The notes under the pieces are model-generated. The model saw nothing but the letters and a program-made list of their open reading frames with translations, did not search any database and was not told the origin of the DNA. This document shows positions 1 to 12,150 of a stretch of 64,000 nucleotides of DNA, piece after piece. A program made the position numbers and the translations under genes. The stretch is from Octopus sinensis (lineage: Eukaryota). The stretch lies in NCBI RefSeq assembly GCF_006345805.1, contig NC_042999.1, positions 164,362,001-164,426,000 of the forward strand, read 5' to 3'. Every line of letters starts with the position of its first letter. Within the stretch, counting starts at the first letter, position 1.

Positions 1-1741
1 ATCTATCTTTTTTTATCAGGGCTAATCTGAGGCTAAACAAGTGTCAACAATAACTGTATCCTTTGTGAAATCCAGTATATAGTACCTCCTGGCAGCTTCC
101 TTGGTTTTATTTGACCGTTTTTGACCTGTTGATTGCTATGGTTGTTGTTTAAACCCAGGTCAGCACTCATTAATCTTTTAGTATTTAAACCAGCTATATC
201 TGGCCCCCAAATTCTTTCAGTTTTTCCAACTGGGCAGGTCCTGCTTCTCACACCTACCCTATAGTATCAATTTGGAAATATACAATCCCATCATCAAAAT
301 CTCAAAGCTACAAGATACCGTATGATTAATTCATAGCAATGTGAATAAACAAGCATTACATTTGACAGAGAAATCTGAATGCTAAAGGGTCAAACAAATA
401 TGTGATCAATTTCGTTCAAACCATTACCATTTTGTATTTTGATTCATGTACCTTTCTTGATATTGCGTGTTGTGATTTGAGAGACATTTGACTGCTATTT
501 CTAGTGAGTCAAACGACAAGGTAGGGGCTCCTTGTTAGCTTGTTGGAGCTGTTTCTGGACCTATTGAGGATCAAGGCTCAGGGTTTAAGTCCCATTTTCT
601 TGGTGTGTATCAGTGTAAGATTAATCTTTCTCTGGCCAGTAACAAGTCACATTTCTAGATGATCTTGATGCATTTTCCTGACAACCAGGTGAATAGCACC
701 ACAACAGTTATTCCTTCTAAATCCAACATTGTTTTTACCTGGTTTGTTTGCTTACTTGAATGTCCACTACATTACCTTAGTACTCATATCTGTTGAGTAA
801 ATACATGTGTATCAGCTTGATCTGAGTAAGTTAACCTGCTGTTGACTGATTAGTGTCATAACCAGAGAAAATACTTATTTGCTGTTCACTTTGAACATGA
901 CACTTGATCAAATCACCCTCAGTGCTCATGACATACACTTACACACACACATGTGTGTGTGTGGTGTCTGAATGTAGCTAAAAAGGTGTAATCTATACTA
1001 ACATGGAAATATCTGAACTTTGTGTCCTCTCCCCCCTCTCTCTCAAAATATTTCAACTGGTGAGGGAGACTATCAAATTTATGATTATCTTTTAAAAAAC
1101 TATTTAATGTTATTTTCATAGTGTGACCTGTGTTCCCAACTCATCCCATACACGGATATCCCAAATATTTAGGACTTTACACTTGTAGGTATAGGGCATC
1201 TACTTGCAGCTGTGACTGACATATACCAAGTAAAGAAACCACATGGACTTCATTATTGGGAGCAGTGTGTGTGTGTGTGCAGTTACAGGAAGAAACTTCA
1301 CACACACACACACACTTCCATTCACAAGGTTCTCTTATATATACATATATGTATATATAGCACACACATAAACAAGCAAAACATTATGAGGAGGAAACAA
1401 GTACACCACATTTCCTTCTATTACCACTACTCCACAGTAATGGTAATGATGATGATGATGATGACACAGTTTCCATCAGAAAAACATTAGTTTTGGACTC
1501 TTACTGAAATATTTATATGAACGCATATTTATTTACTCTAAATATTTATTATTATGGTTACAGCACTTGTTTTTTTTTTATGTTTACAGTGGTGGTGAAA
1601 AGATTGGTAGTGGGGCTGTGATCGTCCCTTTCTTGGCCCTTTTATATAACCAGTTCAGAGAGAGGAGAGTGTGTGTGTATGTGTGTGAGAGAGAAGTTTA
1701 CTAGAAGTCCACTGCTAATAATGTGTGTTTTTAGAGTGGCT

Positions 1742-2780
1742 CAAGGCCACAAATTTTGGTGAGGGTGTAGCCTATGAAATTGATTTCAGCTTTTGACAGG
1801 TATTTATTTGATTAATTTTACATGGAGATTATTGAAAGGTACTGTTAACACATAGCATTTGAATTTCAGTGCAAAGGAACATGAATAATTTTTTTACTTA
1901 AAACGATGACTAGGCATTTAATCTCGCTCTCTGTTATTACTACTACTCCAATGCTATTGATAATAAGGATTTTTAAATTGGCTCAAGGCTGCTGTTTTTT
2001 GGGGAGTGGGGAAAGACTGTGGGTGATTGAATCAACTCAGTATAATAGTACAAGTGTTTGAACTTATTGCTTCTGTTGAGTAGTAAGGAGGATTGAAGGC
2101 CAAATCGATCAGGCAGGATTTGAACTCTGAACATAAAAAAAGATGTAACTAAACACCACAAGGAATTTGTTACCATCACTCATCTTTCTGATTGATGTTT
2201 TTCATGATTTGTAACAGTGGTGTAAGACCACACATTTTGTGGAAGAGATAAAATTGATTAGACGAATTCCAGCTTTATCAACTTGAGAAAGACAATGGGC
2301 AAAATTGAACTTGGCAGGGTGTGAACTCAGAATGTAAAAAGAACTAATTAAATGCTGAAGGCATGTTGTCTATTACTCTGTTAGCTCTGCCATTCCAACA
2401 TCTGCAATATATGACATCAATTCTTTATTTTGTTCTAAGGGGCTGTAAGGAAGAATAATAATATTGGTTTCTAAGCTGGTCAGAGGGCCCACATTTTGGA
2501 GCATGAAAGCAGTCAATTACATCAATATTGATAACTACTTTTTCAACTGACCAGGAAAAGGATGATGATTTCAAATTTTGGCACAAGGCCAGTAATTTTG
2601 GACAAGGTGTAAGTCGATTACATCAACCCCAGTGATCAACTGGTACTTAATTTATCAATCCCAAGAGGATGAAAGGCAAAGTTGACCTCAGTGGAATTTG
2701 AACTCAGAATGTGAAGATGGACGAAATGCCACTAAACATTTTACCTGGTGTGCTAAGGATTCTTTCAGCTCACTGCCCTA
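1742..2780 (-). mobile_element. Head-to-tail cluster of about five decayed SINE copies
   Basis: Recurrent caaggcc...ttttgg and tttgaactcag motifs at roughly 240-bp spacing, all in one orientation. Confidence 0.7.
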
Positions 2781-3807
2781 TGAGCAATGTGAAATAAAGT
2801 GTCTTGCTCAATGACACAATGCACTGCTGGGAATTGAACTCATGACCTTCTGATTGTGAGCCAATTACCCTAACCACTGAGCCATGTACTAAGCACAAAC
2901 TAGCCTGTCCTAACTCTGTTTAAACGGATTCTCAAATAAGGAATGCACCTGCTTCTCAGAATTTCTGGTATCCTGCATTGCTTCTAAGCAAAACACGACA
3001 TAGTCTGTATTACCTTTATATTTTACTTGTCTCAGTCATTAGATTGTGGCCATGCTGGTGCGCCACTTTGAAGAATTTTTAGTTGAATGAATCAACCCCA
3101 GTACTTTTTTTTTTAAGCCGGGTACTTGTTCTATCAGTATCTTTTGCTGAACTGTTAAGTTACAGGGACGTAAACACACTAACACTGGTTATCAAGTGGT
3201 GGTGGGGAACAAACACAGACACAAAGACATGCACACACACACACACATATATAGGGAAGTCGAGTAAGCAGTTGGGATAACCATCTAAGGGATAAGAATA
3301 TCCATTCTTACTACCAGCATCATTTACCTGTGCTATCCCTGGGCATGGGGTATGCAGGAAAACTATGCTCGTAGGGTACAGGTAACAACAGATTAAACAA
3401 AAGTTTGCCTGGAATCAAATTGAAATAAGCAGAAAATGGAGAAATCTTTCAATCAACAAACAAACAAATTGACCAACATCAGTTAATTATTTTTATATAC
3501 AAAGCACAGCATAACATTACATAACAGTTCTGTATTGTTATGTAATGGTTTGTGTTAAAAAATAATTAACAGATGTTGGTCAATTTGTTTGATTGTTGAT
3601 CTAAAGTTTTCTCCATTTTCTGCTTATTTAAATTATATATATACAATGGGCTTCTTTCAGTTTCCATCTACCAGATCCACTCAAAAGGCTTTAGTTGGCT
3701 TGAAGCTAGCGTAGAAGACACATACCCAAAGTGCTATGCTGTGGGGCTGAACCCAGAACCATGTGGTACTTTGTATACACAATATATATTATCTATAATA
3801 TAAACGT

Positions 3808-4260
3808 ACGACAGGCACCCATGCCAACCCCCTTGCTTACGAAGACATGTTGGGGCAAGCGAAATTGAAATCGAGATCGAATTGAACCAGCCAGGATCCC
3901 TGGTCTGGTGGTACGTAAAAAGCACTATCCGACTCGTGGCGTAAAAAGCACTATCCGACTCGTGGCCGATGACAGCTCCACCTCGTCTGGCTTCCGTGCC
4001 GGTGGCACATAAAATACACTAATCTGACCGTGGCCGTTGCCAGCCTCGCCTGGCACCTGTGCAGGTGGCACGTAAAAAGCACCCACTACACTCACGGAGT
4101 GGTTGGCGTTAGGAAGGGCATCCAGCTGTAGAAACACTGCCAGATAAGACTGGAGCCTGGTGCAGCCTTCTGGCTTCCCAGATCCCCGGTCGAACCGTCC
4201 AACCCATGCTAGCATGGAGAACGGACGTTAAACGATGATGATGATGATGATGATGATGAT
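3808..4260 (+). mobile_element. GC-rich retro-derived element with internal ~50-bp repeats and (GAT)n tail
   Basis: Repeated gtggcacgtaaaaagcac units, ggcgttaggaagggcatccagctgtagaaac, and an acgttaaacgatgatgat end. An inverted copy lies at 31942-32306. Confidence 0.8.
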
Positions 4261-4469
4261 ATACATGTGAAGGTGCATGACTTTGTGGTTAGGGTGTTGC
4301 ACTTGTGATCACAACCTCATGGTTTGGATTCATACACTGGTTGTGCATGGTGTTCTTGAACAAAACCCTTCATTTCACACTGCTTGAGTTCACACAGTTG
4401 TAAACTGGCAAGTCTGTGATGGATTTGCATTCTGTTCAAAGGGAATGTTGGTGCGTTAGCTTAGCTATG

Positions 4470-5306
4470 GTCTCACTTGTCTTGCCGGGTCTTCTCAGGC
4501 ATAGCATATTTCCAAAGGTCTCGGTCACTAGTCATGGTCTCCGTGAGGCCTAATGTTCGAAGGTCGTGCTTCACCACCTCATCCCAGGTCTTCATGGGTC
4601 TACCTCTTCCACAGGTTCCCTCAACCGCTAGGGTGTGACACTTTTTCACACAGCTATCCTCATCCATTCTTGCCACATGACTATACCAGTGCAGTCGTCT
4701 CTCTTGCACACCACATCTGATGCTTCTTAGGTCCAACTTTTCTCTCAGGGTACTTACACTCTGTCAAGTTTGCACACTGACATTACACATCCATCGTATT
4801 ATACTGGCTTTATTCTTTGTGAACCTATACATGTCCTCAGCAGTCACGGCCCATGTTTTGCTGCCATGTAGCATGGCTATTTGTACACATGCATCATGCA
4901 GTTTACCTGAGTGAGAGGCCCTTTGTCACCAGCAGAGGTAAGAGCTCTCTGAACTTTGCCCAGGCTATTCTTATTCTAGCAGCTACACTTTCAGCGCACC
5001 CTCCCCCACTACTGACTTGGTCACCTAGGTAATGGAAGCTATCAACTACTTCTAGTTTTCCTCCCTGGAATGTGGCAAAAGTTGTTCTCTGCACATTTTC
5101 AGTGTTTATTGCTCCTGAGCATCTGTCACATACAAAAACTATCCTCCCAGTTAGCCTTCCATTGATATTGTTGCACCTCTTATGTGTCCATTGCTTACAC
5201 TGGGTACATATGCCTTTTCTACAGATCGAGCAGGGCCATCTACCTGAAGGGATTTGTGGTTTGTCTGCCTTCCTACTTATTAGCACTTTGGTTTTAGCTA
5301 GGTTTT
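4470..5306 (-). mobile_element. RTE-clade LINE 3' fragment
   Basis: ORFs contain WPCSICRKG...CKQWTHKRC (PHD-like), LEVVDSFHYLG, ARIRIAWAKFREL, RRLHWYSHVARM, GRGRPMKTW and SDRDLWK. Confidence 0.9.
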
Positions 5307-5333
5307 AACTATATATATAAACATATATATATC

Positions 5334-5374
<41 letters not shown>

Positions 5375-5420
5375 ATATATATATATATATATATTAGAGA
5401 GAGAAAGAGATATGTATGTA

Positions 5421-5468
<48 letters not shown>

Positions 5469-6620
5469 GCATGTCTGTGTGTGTATATATATATGTACAT
5501 GCTCACACACACAAACTGTACAGGTACATTTTATTTGCAACTCAATTCTACCTGCCATCATCCCTCTCTCCACACCCTGATCTTCCTGCCCCCCACTGTC
5601 AGGTTTTTCTAAAAATAGACTGCTGCCTGCTAAAATTACTACCATCTAACAGTATTTTTCAGCTCCCCTACATCCTTGCTTCTCCTTTACCACCCCACAT
5701 CATCTCCCCCACATCCTCATCTAGCCAGGTGAATCATCATCTGACAAAGGGCAGGTTTGTGTGTGTTTGTGTGTGTTTTTGTGTTTTATGTGAGTGTAAG
5801 TATTTCATGCAAACATATTTAGGTGTAGACATTTATATAAATAGGATTATTAATGTGTGCATATGTGTTCACTTGTATATACCTGCTTGATTTTATACAC
5901 ACTCCTGTGAAATTAAAAACAGACCCCCCAACACAAAAAAACAGGATGCAATAGAAAATAGTTTTTAATTAGTAAGGTATATAATTTTATCAGTTAAATT
6001 TACTAGGTGAAGATCTTTTGATGTTTCAAACCAAATCCCCTTTACAGGGGGGAGGGGGAGAGAAAAGTTTATTTTGTTCATAGTCCATGACAATAATTAC
6101 TGGAAATAGTAAATAATTAGTCACTGCAAAGGAGTGTGTATGATGAATTGATGGGAGAGAGAGAGAGAGAGAGAAAGAATGAAGTTTGTGGTAAGGAAAG
6201 AATAAAATCAAAAAGAAGAGCTCAGCATAAGGTAGTTTTTTTTGTTTTTGGTCAGTTGAAATTTTGTGATCTGTAGACAACTTGTCAGAAATAATCTTTT
6301 TTTTTGTACTTGTTTCTGTTATTTTTGACTGTGGCCATGGTGGAGTACTGCCTTGAAGAATTTTAGTTGAACAAATTGACCCCAGGACTTGTTTTTTAAA
6401 GTCTGATACTTATTCTATTGATCTCTTTTGCCAAACCATTAAGTTATGGGGACATAAACACTCCAACGCTGGTTGTTGATTTGTCGTGGGGGGACAAACA
6501 CAGACACAAAGACACACATGTATGTCCTTGTGTCTGTGATATATACATGTAACCACATGTGGATCGTTGGCAATTGTTTTTTCTCCGTCTTCCTTTTCTC
6601 TTGGATTTTCCTCCATCTTT

Positions 6621-6658
6621 TGTTTCTGATGAAGAGCTTTGCTTGAAGTGTAAAATCA
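6621..6658 (+). ncRNA. Degenerate minimal hammerhead motif, same repeat family (~6555-6745)
   Basis: TGTTT-CTGATGA-A-GAGC ttt GCTT-GAAGTGTA-AAATCA. Flanks are homologous to the 15125-15335 copy. Confidence 0.5.
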
Positions 6659-7046
6659 CCTTTCTTTCCTTCCCCGAGTGTCCGCTAATACTTTGTATCT
6701 ACCACATTCTTGTGTTTGTTGTTTTTTTCTTGTGTTTTTCTCTCTTTCTCTTTCTCTTTTACTTGTTTCTATCATTTGACTAGCCATGCTGGAGCACCGC
6801 CTTTAGTCAAGCAAATCGACCCCAGGACTTGTTTTTTGTAAGTCTGGTACTTATTCTATCGGTCTCTTAAGTTACGGGGATGCAAACACAGCAGCATCGG
6901 TTGTCAAGTGATGTTGGGGGTCAAACACAAACACACAAACATATACACGTACATATATATATACATATATACGACGGGCTTCTTTCAGTTTCCGACTACC
7001 AAATCCACTCACAAGGCTTTGGCCAGCCCAAAAAGGATAGAAAGAC

Positions 7047-7164
7047 ATTTACAGCACCTAGGTTTTCCAAGCGGTCACCCGTCTAAGTACTAACTAGGCT
7101 CGACTTTGCTTAACTTCGTTGATCGGACGAGAACAGGTGTTTTCAAAGTGATATGGCCAGCTGT
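7047..7164 (-). pseudogene. 5S rRNA copy (probable pseudogene or SINE head)
   Basis: Reverse complement reads GGCCATATCACTTTGAAAACACCTGTTCTCGTCCGATCAACGAAGTTAAGCAAAGTCGAGCCTAGTTAGTACTTAGACGGGTGACCGCTTGGAAAACCTAGGTGCTGTA, colinear with invertebrate 5S rRNA. The 5' end is diverged and it is a single dispersed copy. Confidence 0.88.
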
Positions 7165-7698
7165 TTTGGGGATATATATATATATATATAATATATAATA
7201 TATGTATATGTGTATATATATATATGCTTGATGGGCTTCTTTCAGTTTCCGTCTACTAAATCCAAGGCTATAGTAGAAGACACTTACCCAAGGTGCCACA
7301 CAGTGAGACTTGAAATCAGGACCCTATGGTTGAGAAACCAACTTCTAACCACACGGCCATTTCATTCATGATTGTACATTCACATACGTCTGAGTAGTTG
7401 ATATCTATCCAACTCTATCTGTCCATCTCTGTTTTGTTTGTCCATATGTTTTACACACACACACACACATACACACACACACACATACACACACACACAC
7501 ATATACACACACACAAGTGTACATAATCTCATTGTAATCATTACTATACTTAACCACATATCATATGTATTTAGAAATAAATAAAAGGAATGAGGAGTTA
7601 CAGATTAAAGCAAATGCTATTTCCCTTAGCTGTTCATTTCTTGTTAACAGGAAGCAGATATAAATTCAAATGGGCAGATTAAATTGTGAAGGCAAAGT

Positions 7699-7729
<31 letters not shown>

Positions 7730-8329
7730 CAAACACATAGAGAGATAATAAGAGAGAGAGAGAGGAAGAGAGAAGTAATTTATGTTTTTGACCTGAAGCT
7801 ATGGGTAGGCTGCTTATAAGAGTAGTTAAAAAATAAACTGGATAAATATTGCTGTCAATCTTGATATCAAATATTCTTTTTTATGGCACAAAACCAGCAA
7901 TTTTGTGGGGAGGAAGAAGTCAATACATCAACCCCAATACTTGACTGGTATCTTGTTATTTACTCACAGAAGGATAAGGCTAAGTTGGCTGTGGCAGCAT
8001 TTGAACACTGAATGTAGAGAGCTGGAAGAAATGCTTCTAAGCATTTTCTCAGGTGTGGTAACAATTATACCAGCTCACTATCTTTATTATACTACATATT
8101 AATTACAGGTAGCAATATATTATCATATGGCAGAGTCGGGCATGAGTGAGTCAGTTGCATCATGAATTAGTATAAAAAGGTGTCATACCAAACTTCAGGA
8201 ATAGCATTTTCATCATCAAATGTTCTGTGGGCACAGGTGATGCATTGAATGAATGAATATGCCCATCCTGTTGACAAAATGTTGGGAACGTCATATGCAA
8301 CCACTACCCCTTCCCACATACTGTGGGTC

Positions 8330-8672
8330 CCTGATTGTAGCAGTACACTTTGACAGGGTCCTCCCAGTCCAGTACTTGATCACTATCATCCTCATTTGTT
8401 CTGTTTCCATCACCTCCAAGACTGAATTTGTTCTAGGAGTTGCTTGGTTGATCTGCAGCACTTGTGTGTGGTTTATCATCTTGAATGTCTTCAGTTGCTT
8501 GGTGTCTGCTACTCTTAGGTCCGTGCTTTGTGCCTGCACAACCAGCCAGACTAGGGAATTTTAGAAGTTTCAGTTTGATGCTTTTGCTGAAGGGACACTC
8601 TTGCTCTGATTTCCTGGCTGTAGCTCACTGTTTGGTCGACAGTGGAACTCAAATACTTGAACTTGTCAATTC
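8330..8672 (-). mobile_element. Decayed RTE-like LINE fragment
   Basis: Minus strand IDKFKYLSSTVDQTVSYSQEIRARV resembles the RTE FKYLGS...EIRARI region. Confidence 0.5.
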
Positions 8673-8689
8673 ATACATGGTGGAGATGC

Positions 8690-9350
8690 ATTAGAATAGG
8701 CAGTTATAGAGGTATCAAATTGTTAGATGAAGTTATGCATGTGTGGGAAAGAATTGTAATTAAATTGATTAGAAAGACAACTAACATAGATAAAAATACA
8801 GGATGGTTTTGTGTGTTTAGAAGAGCCACTATTGATACCATCTTTCTAGTGAGACAACTGCAGAGGAATACTTTTCTAGGAGTAGAACCTTGTACCTAGA
8901 ATTTGTTGACATGGAAAAGGCCTTTGACTAATTTCTATGCTTTTTTAACCTGGTATATAATGTACATGGTTTTGTAATCTGGAGTACAATGGGCCTTGAA
9001 TGCAGAGGATTTGCAAAGACTAGAAAGAAATGTGGTGACATGCTTCACTGAATGTGTAATATGCATGAATGGAGCGCAAGTCAGCTGAGGGAAAAGCTGA
9101 ATATAAGAAGAATTAGATATGGTATGTAAGAGAGAAGACTGCGATGGCATGGGTATGCAATATGTATGGATGACTGTTACTATATAAAAGAGTGTTGAAT
9201 ATTTAAAGAGCATAGAACGTGTAGATGAGGTAGACTTAGGAAGAAATGAGGTGAAGAAGTGAAGACTAATCTCAGCATACTGAACACCATGAAGGAAATG
9301 ACAAAGGACTGGAATTATTGCTGATATGCAGTAACTGTAGATTGATCTTT
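8690..9350 (+). mobile_element. Decayed, internally deleted RTE LINE fragment
   Basis: SYRGIKLLDEVMHVWERIV...RATIDTIFLVRQLQ...LEFVDMEKAFD are RT-domain motifs, followed by RLRWHG-like C-terminal remnants. Confidence 0.8.
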
Positions 9351-10599
9351 CCCTGCAGACATGGCAAAACGGATGCCAAAACAGTTGTAGTCTTCTCTGC
9401 ATTAATTCTCTTCTCCCTTTCCTCATAAACCATCTTCTTCTGTCTCTTTCGTTCATTCTCTTCCGACTGCTCTCCACCACTTCAAAACCCTTTCCTCTCT
9501 CTATTACTTACTCGCTCTTATTTTCTATACCATATTACCTGACTAACATAGTATATCATTGGATCACTTCATAATCAACCTCCACATCTTTTTCACCCTG
9601 TCTCTTTCTGTCTTCCATTATAATGCCTTTATATATCAAATATCACAAATGTGTTGGATTGGTTAATCCCAGCTATTAACAGATTAAGAGAAAATAAAAT
9701 AATTTCAAACTTCAGCACAAGACCACACAAATGATAGAGGAGGGTTCACTTGCTTAAAATAATTTTCAGAACATGGCTGATCCTTATTTTATCAACCCTA
9801 GCAGGATGAAAAGCAAAGCTGACTCTAGTGGGATTTGAACTCAGAATGAAATGGGATATAATGAAATACATGACACTACTCATAGGGTACATACTAGAAT
9901 ACTTAAAAAATGAGAACCAGAAGTACCAATATAGCTAAAGTTTTATGCAAAATAGAATAGTACATATGGTAGGCAAATTCATTATGTAAAAAATAGGCAT
10001 TGGGTCAAGACTAAAAATGTGAAGACTTGGCAATATTTTAGGCAATAACTCAAGCAAATTTTTCTGTGAATTATTTGTTATAGGTAGATTTTACTGAAAT
10101 ATATAACTAATGTTTGTATTATTCTATTTATTGTACAAACTAATTATGCACTACTATTATTTCTTATAGCCTATTTTCAAATTTCTAATTATTAATTAAT
10201 AATTAAAAAATGAATTCTTTCAAAGTGCAAAAAATATTTTGAGTTATTTTAAAAATTTTTAATAGAAGTAACAAGTAATAACAAATAGAAGTAATAACAT
10301 TTTTAGTTTTAATAAAAGCTAATATTTTTTAAATCTAAATATTTTATTTAGAATTTTATCCTTAGCTGCAAATATTTTAAGTAAAAGTTTTCTTGTCCCA
10401 TACTTTTCCAGGTTTATAATCTTAAGAATATTAATTCTCTTGCTTGCATTTTCTCATGTAATTTCATATATGTATACTTGTAATGTATAACGTATTGTCA
10501 TAAGTATGTTTGTATATCATACCTATAGATTTGAGAGAATGACAATACAGGCTGGTTAGAAAAACAAAAACCATTAACAATCTATTGATTTATTAAAAA

Positions 10600-12150
10600 T
10601 TTGGTGTCTTTGGGATAGAATTTAGTTCTGTTTACCCCACCCCTTTTTTTTTTTGCCTGAATTCCATCTTATTTTGTTGCAGCTGAAGAAAAGTACAATA
10701 GTTGTAAGTTTAATCAGTAATTTTGAGATAATTGGGAAATGTAGCTTATATAATTTCAATATTTTTAGGTTCTGAAATTCCATTCTTTTGCAAAGTTAGT
10801 TCTTGCAATTTTCTATTGATATCTTCATAATCTCTTTCTTCAGTAATATTAGGAAGTTTCAAGGCAACGAGCTGGCAGAATTGTGAGCATGTCGGGCAAA
10901 ATGCATAATGCCATTTTGTATGGCATCACATTTTAAGTTCAAATTTCATCAAAGTCAACTTTGCCTTTCATCCTTTTGGGGTTGATAAAATAAGTACCAG
11001 TTGAGTACTAAATGTCAATGTAACTGACTTACTCTCACCCCCCACCCCAAATTGCTGGCCTTGTGCCAAAATTTAAAACCAATATTCAGAAGTTTCATGA
11101 TCCATGGGGTAATTGGAGATGGTTGTCCATTAAGTGATTTTCCTTATAAAACTTCAAATAGATGTAAAGTAGTGAACATTTCAGATGATGTACAAATCAT
11201 TTTGTACTTTTCCTTTTCTTAGTTCAACATAAAAATTCAATGTCTTTTGCTAGAATTCTTTGAGTTCTTTGATTTGAATTTTTGAAAACTAATCTTGGTA
11301 GATAAATTGAAGGACTTTTAATCTTCAGTATATGTGCATCATTTATTTCTTCTCTATTTATAAAATTAACAAGGACATTGTCCCCACTGTTGATGGAGGT
11401 GCAAAGCCTGAAAATCCTGAAACCCTCAGCTTGAAACTAAATTTATTGTATTTAGAAGCACATTTTTACAATTGAATGCTGAATTTGCCCCATTTTTTAA
11501 TGCTGCTGAAATCAAAAAATAAGATTAATCCTGGCATCTGATTTCCTCCCACTTGCTGATCTGATAATTATCAAGAACAGCCATGATGTAAAATCTTGTT
11601 ACGATCAATCTGGGTAAATTCCAAAAATTCCACATATTCAGATAATCTCTTCAGGCTCTTTGATAAATATCAATAAATAATTCTGAACTTCTTTACAATA
11701 GTTGAAAATTCAGAACATCTATAGGATGCATATAAATGCATTGAATGATTTTCACAACCTTCTACAAAGACATATGATACTTTCTACATCAGAAGACTTT
11801 GAATGTCACTTTTTGCCCCAATCATGAAACTTGTATTATCACTTACATAAACTTTAAAATTTTTGAATGGAATGCCATGTTTAACTTAATGAAATTGTTT
11901 TAAAATTGTAAATGCTGTGGATAGTGCTGCAGTTGATTTCCAAAAGAGTTGAAAAACAGTTTTTTTTTTTTATATGGCTGTCATAAAATTTAGGTATTAG
12001 AACAGACTGTCCTTTCACAAACACCTATATTTTTGTCTACAGTTAATGAAAATTTAATATTCTTTAATTGTGCTATAAGAATTCTAGCTTATTCCTTGTC
12101 AGTGATATTGTGAAAAATAACAGGTCCTTATGTCTTTCACATTTTCATTC
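10600..12150 (-). mobile_element. Highly decayed hAT transposase fossil (SINE inserted at 10862-11080)
   Basis: Minus strand ~11880->11570 reads GIPFKNFKVYVSDNTSFMIG...VFVEGCENHSMHLYASY...SKSLKRLSEYVEFLEF...KILH, corresponding to hAT SDNAxxM / CxxHxLHL / KRL motifs. Outer limits are approximate. Confidence 0.7.

Noticed and set aside
8935-9480. 181-aa minus-strand ORF
   Set aside because: Antisense to an RTE remnant plus a CT-rich tract, with no protein motif.
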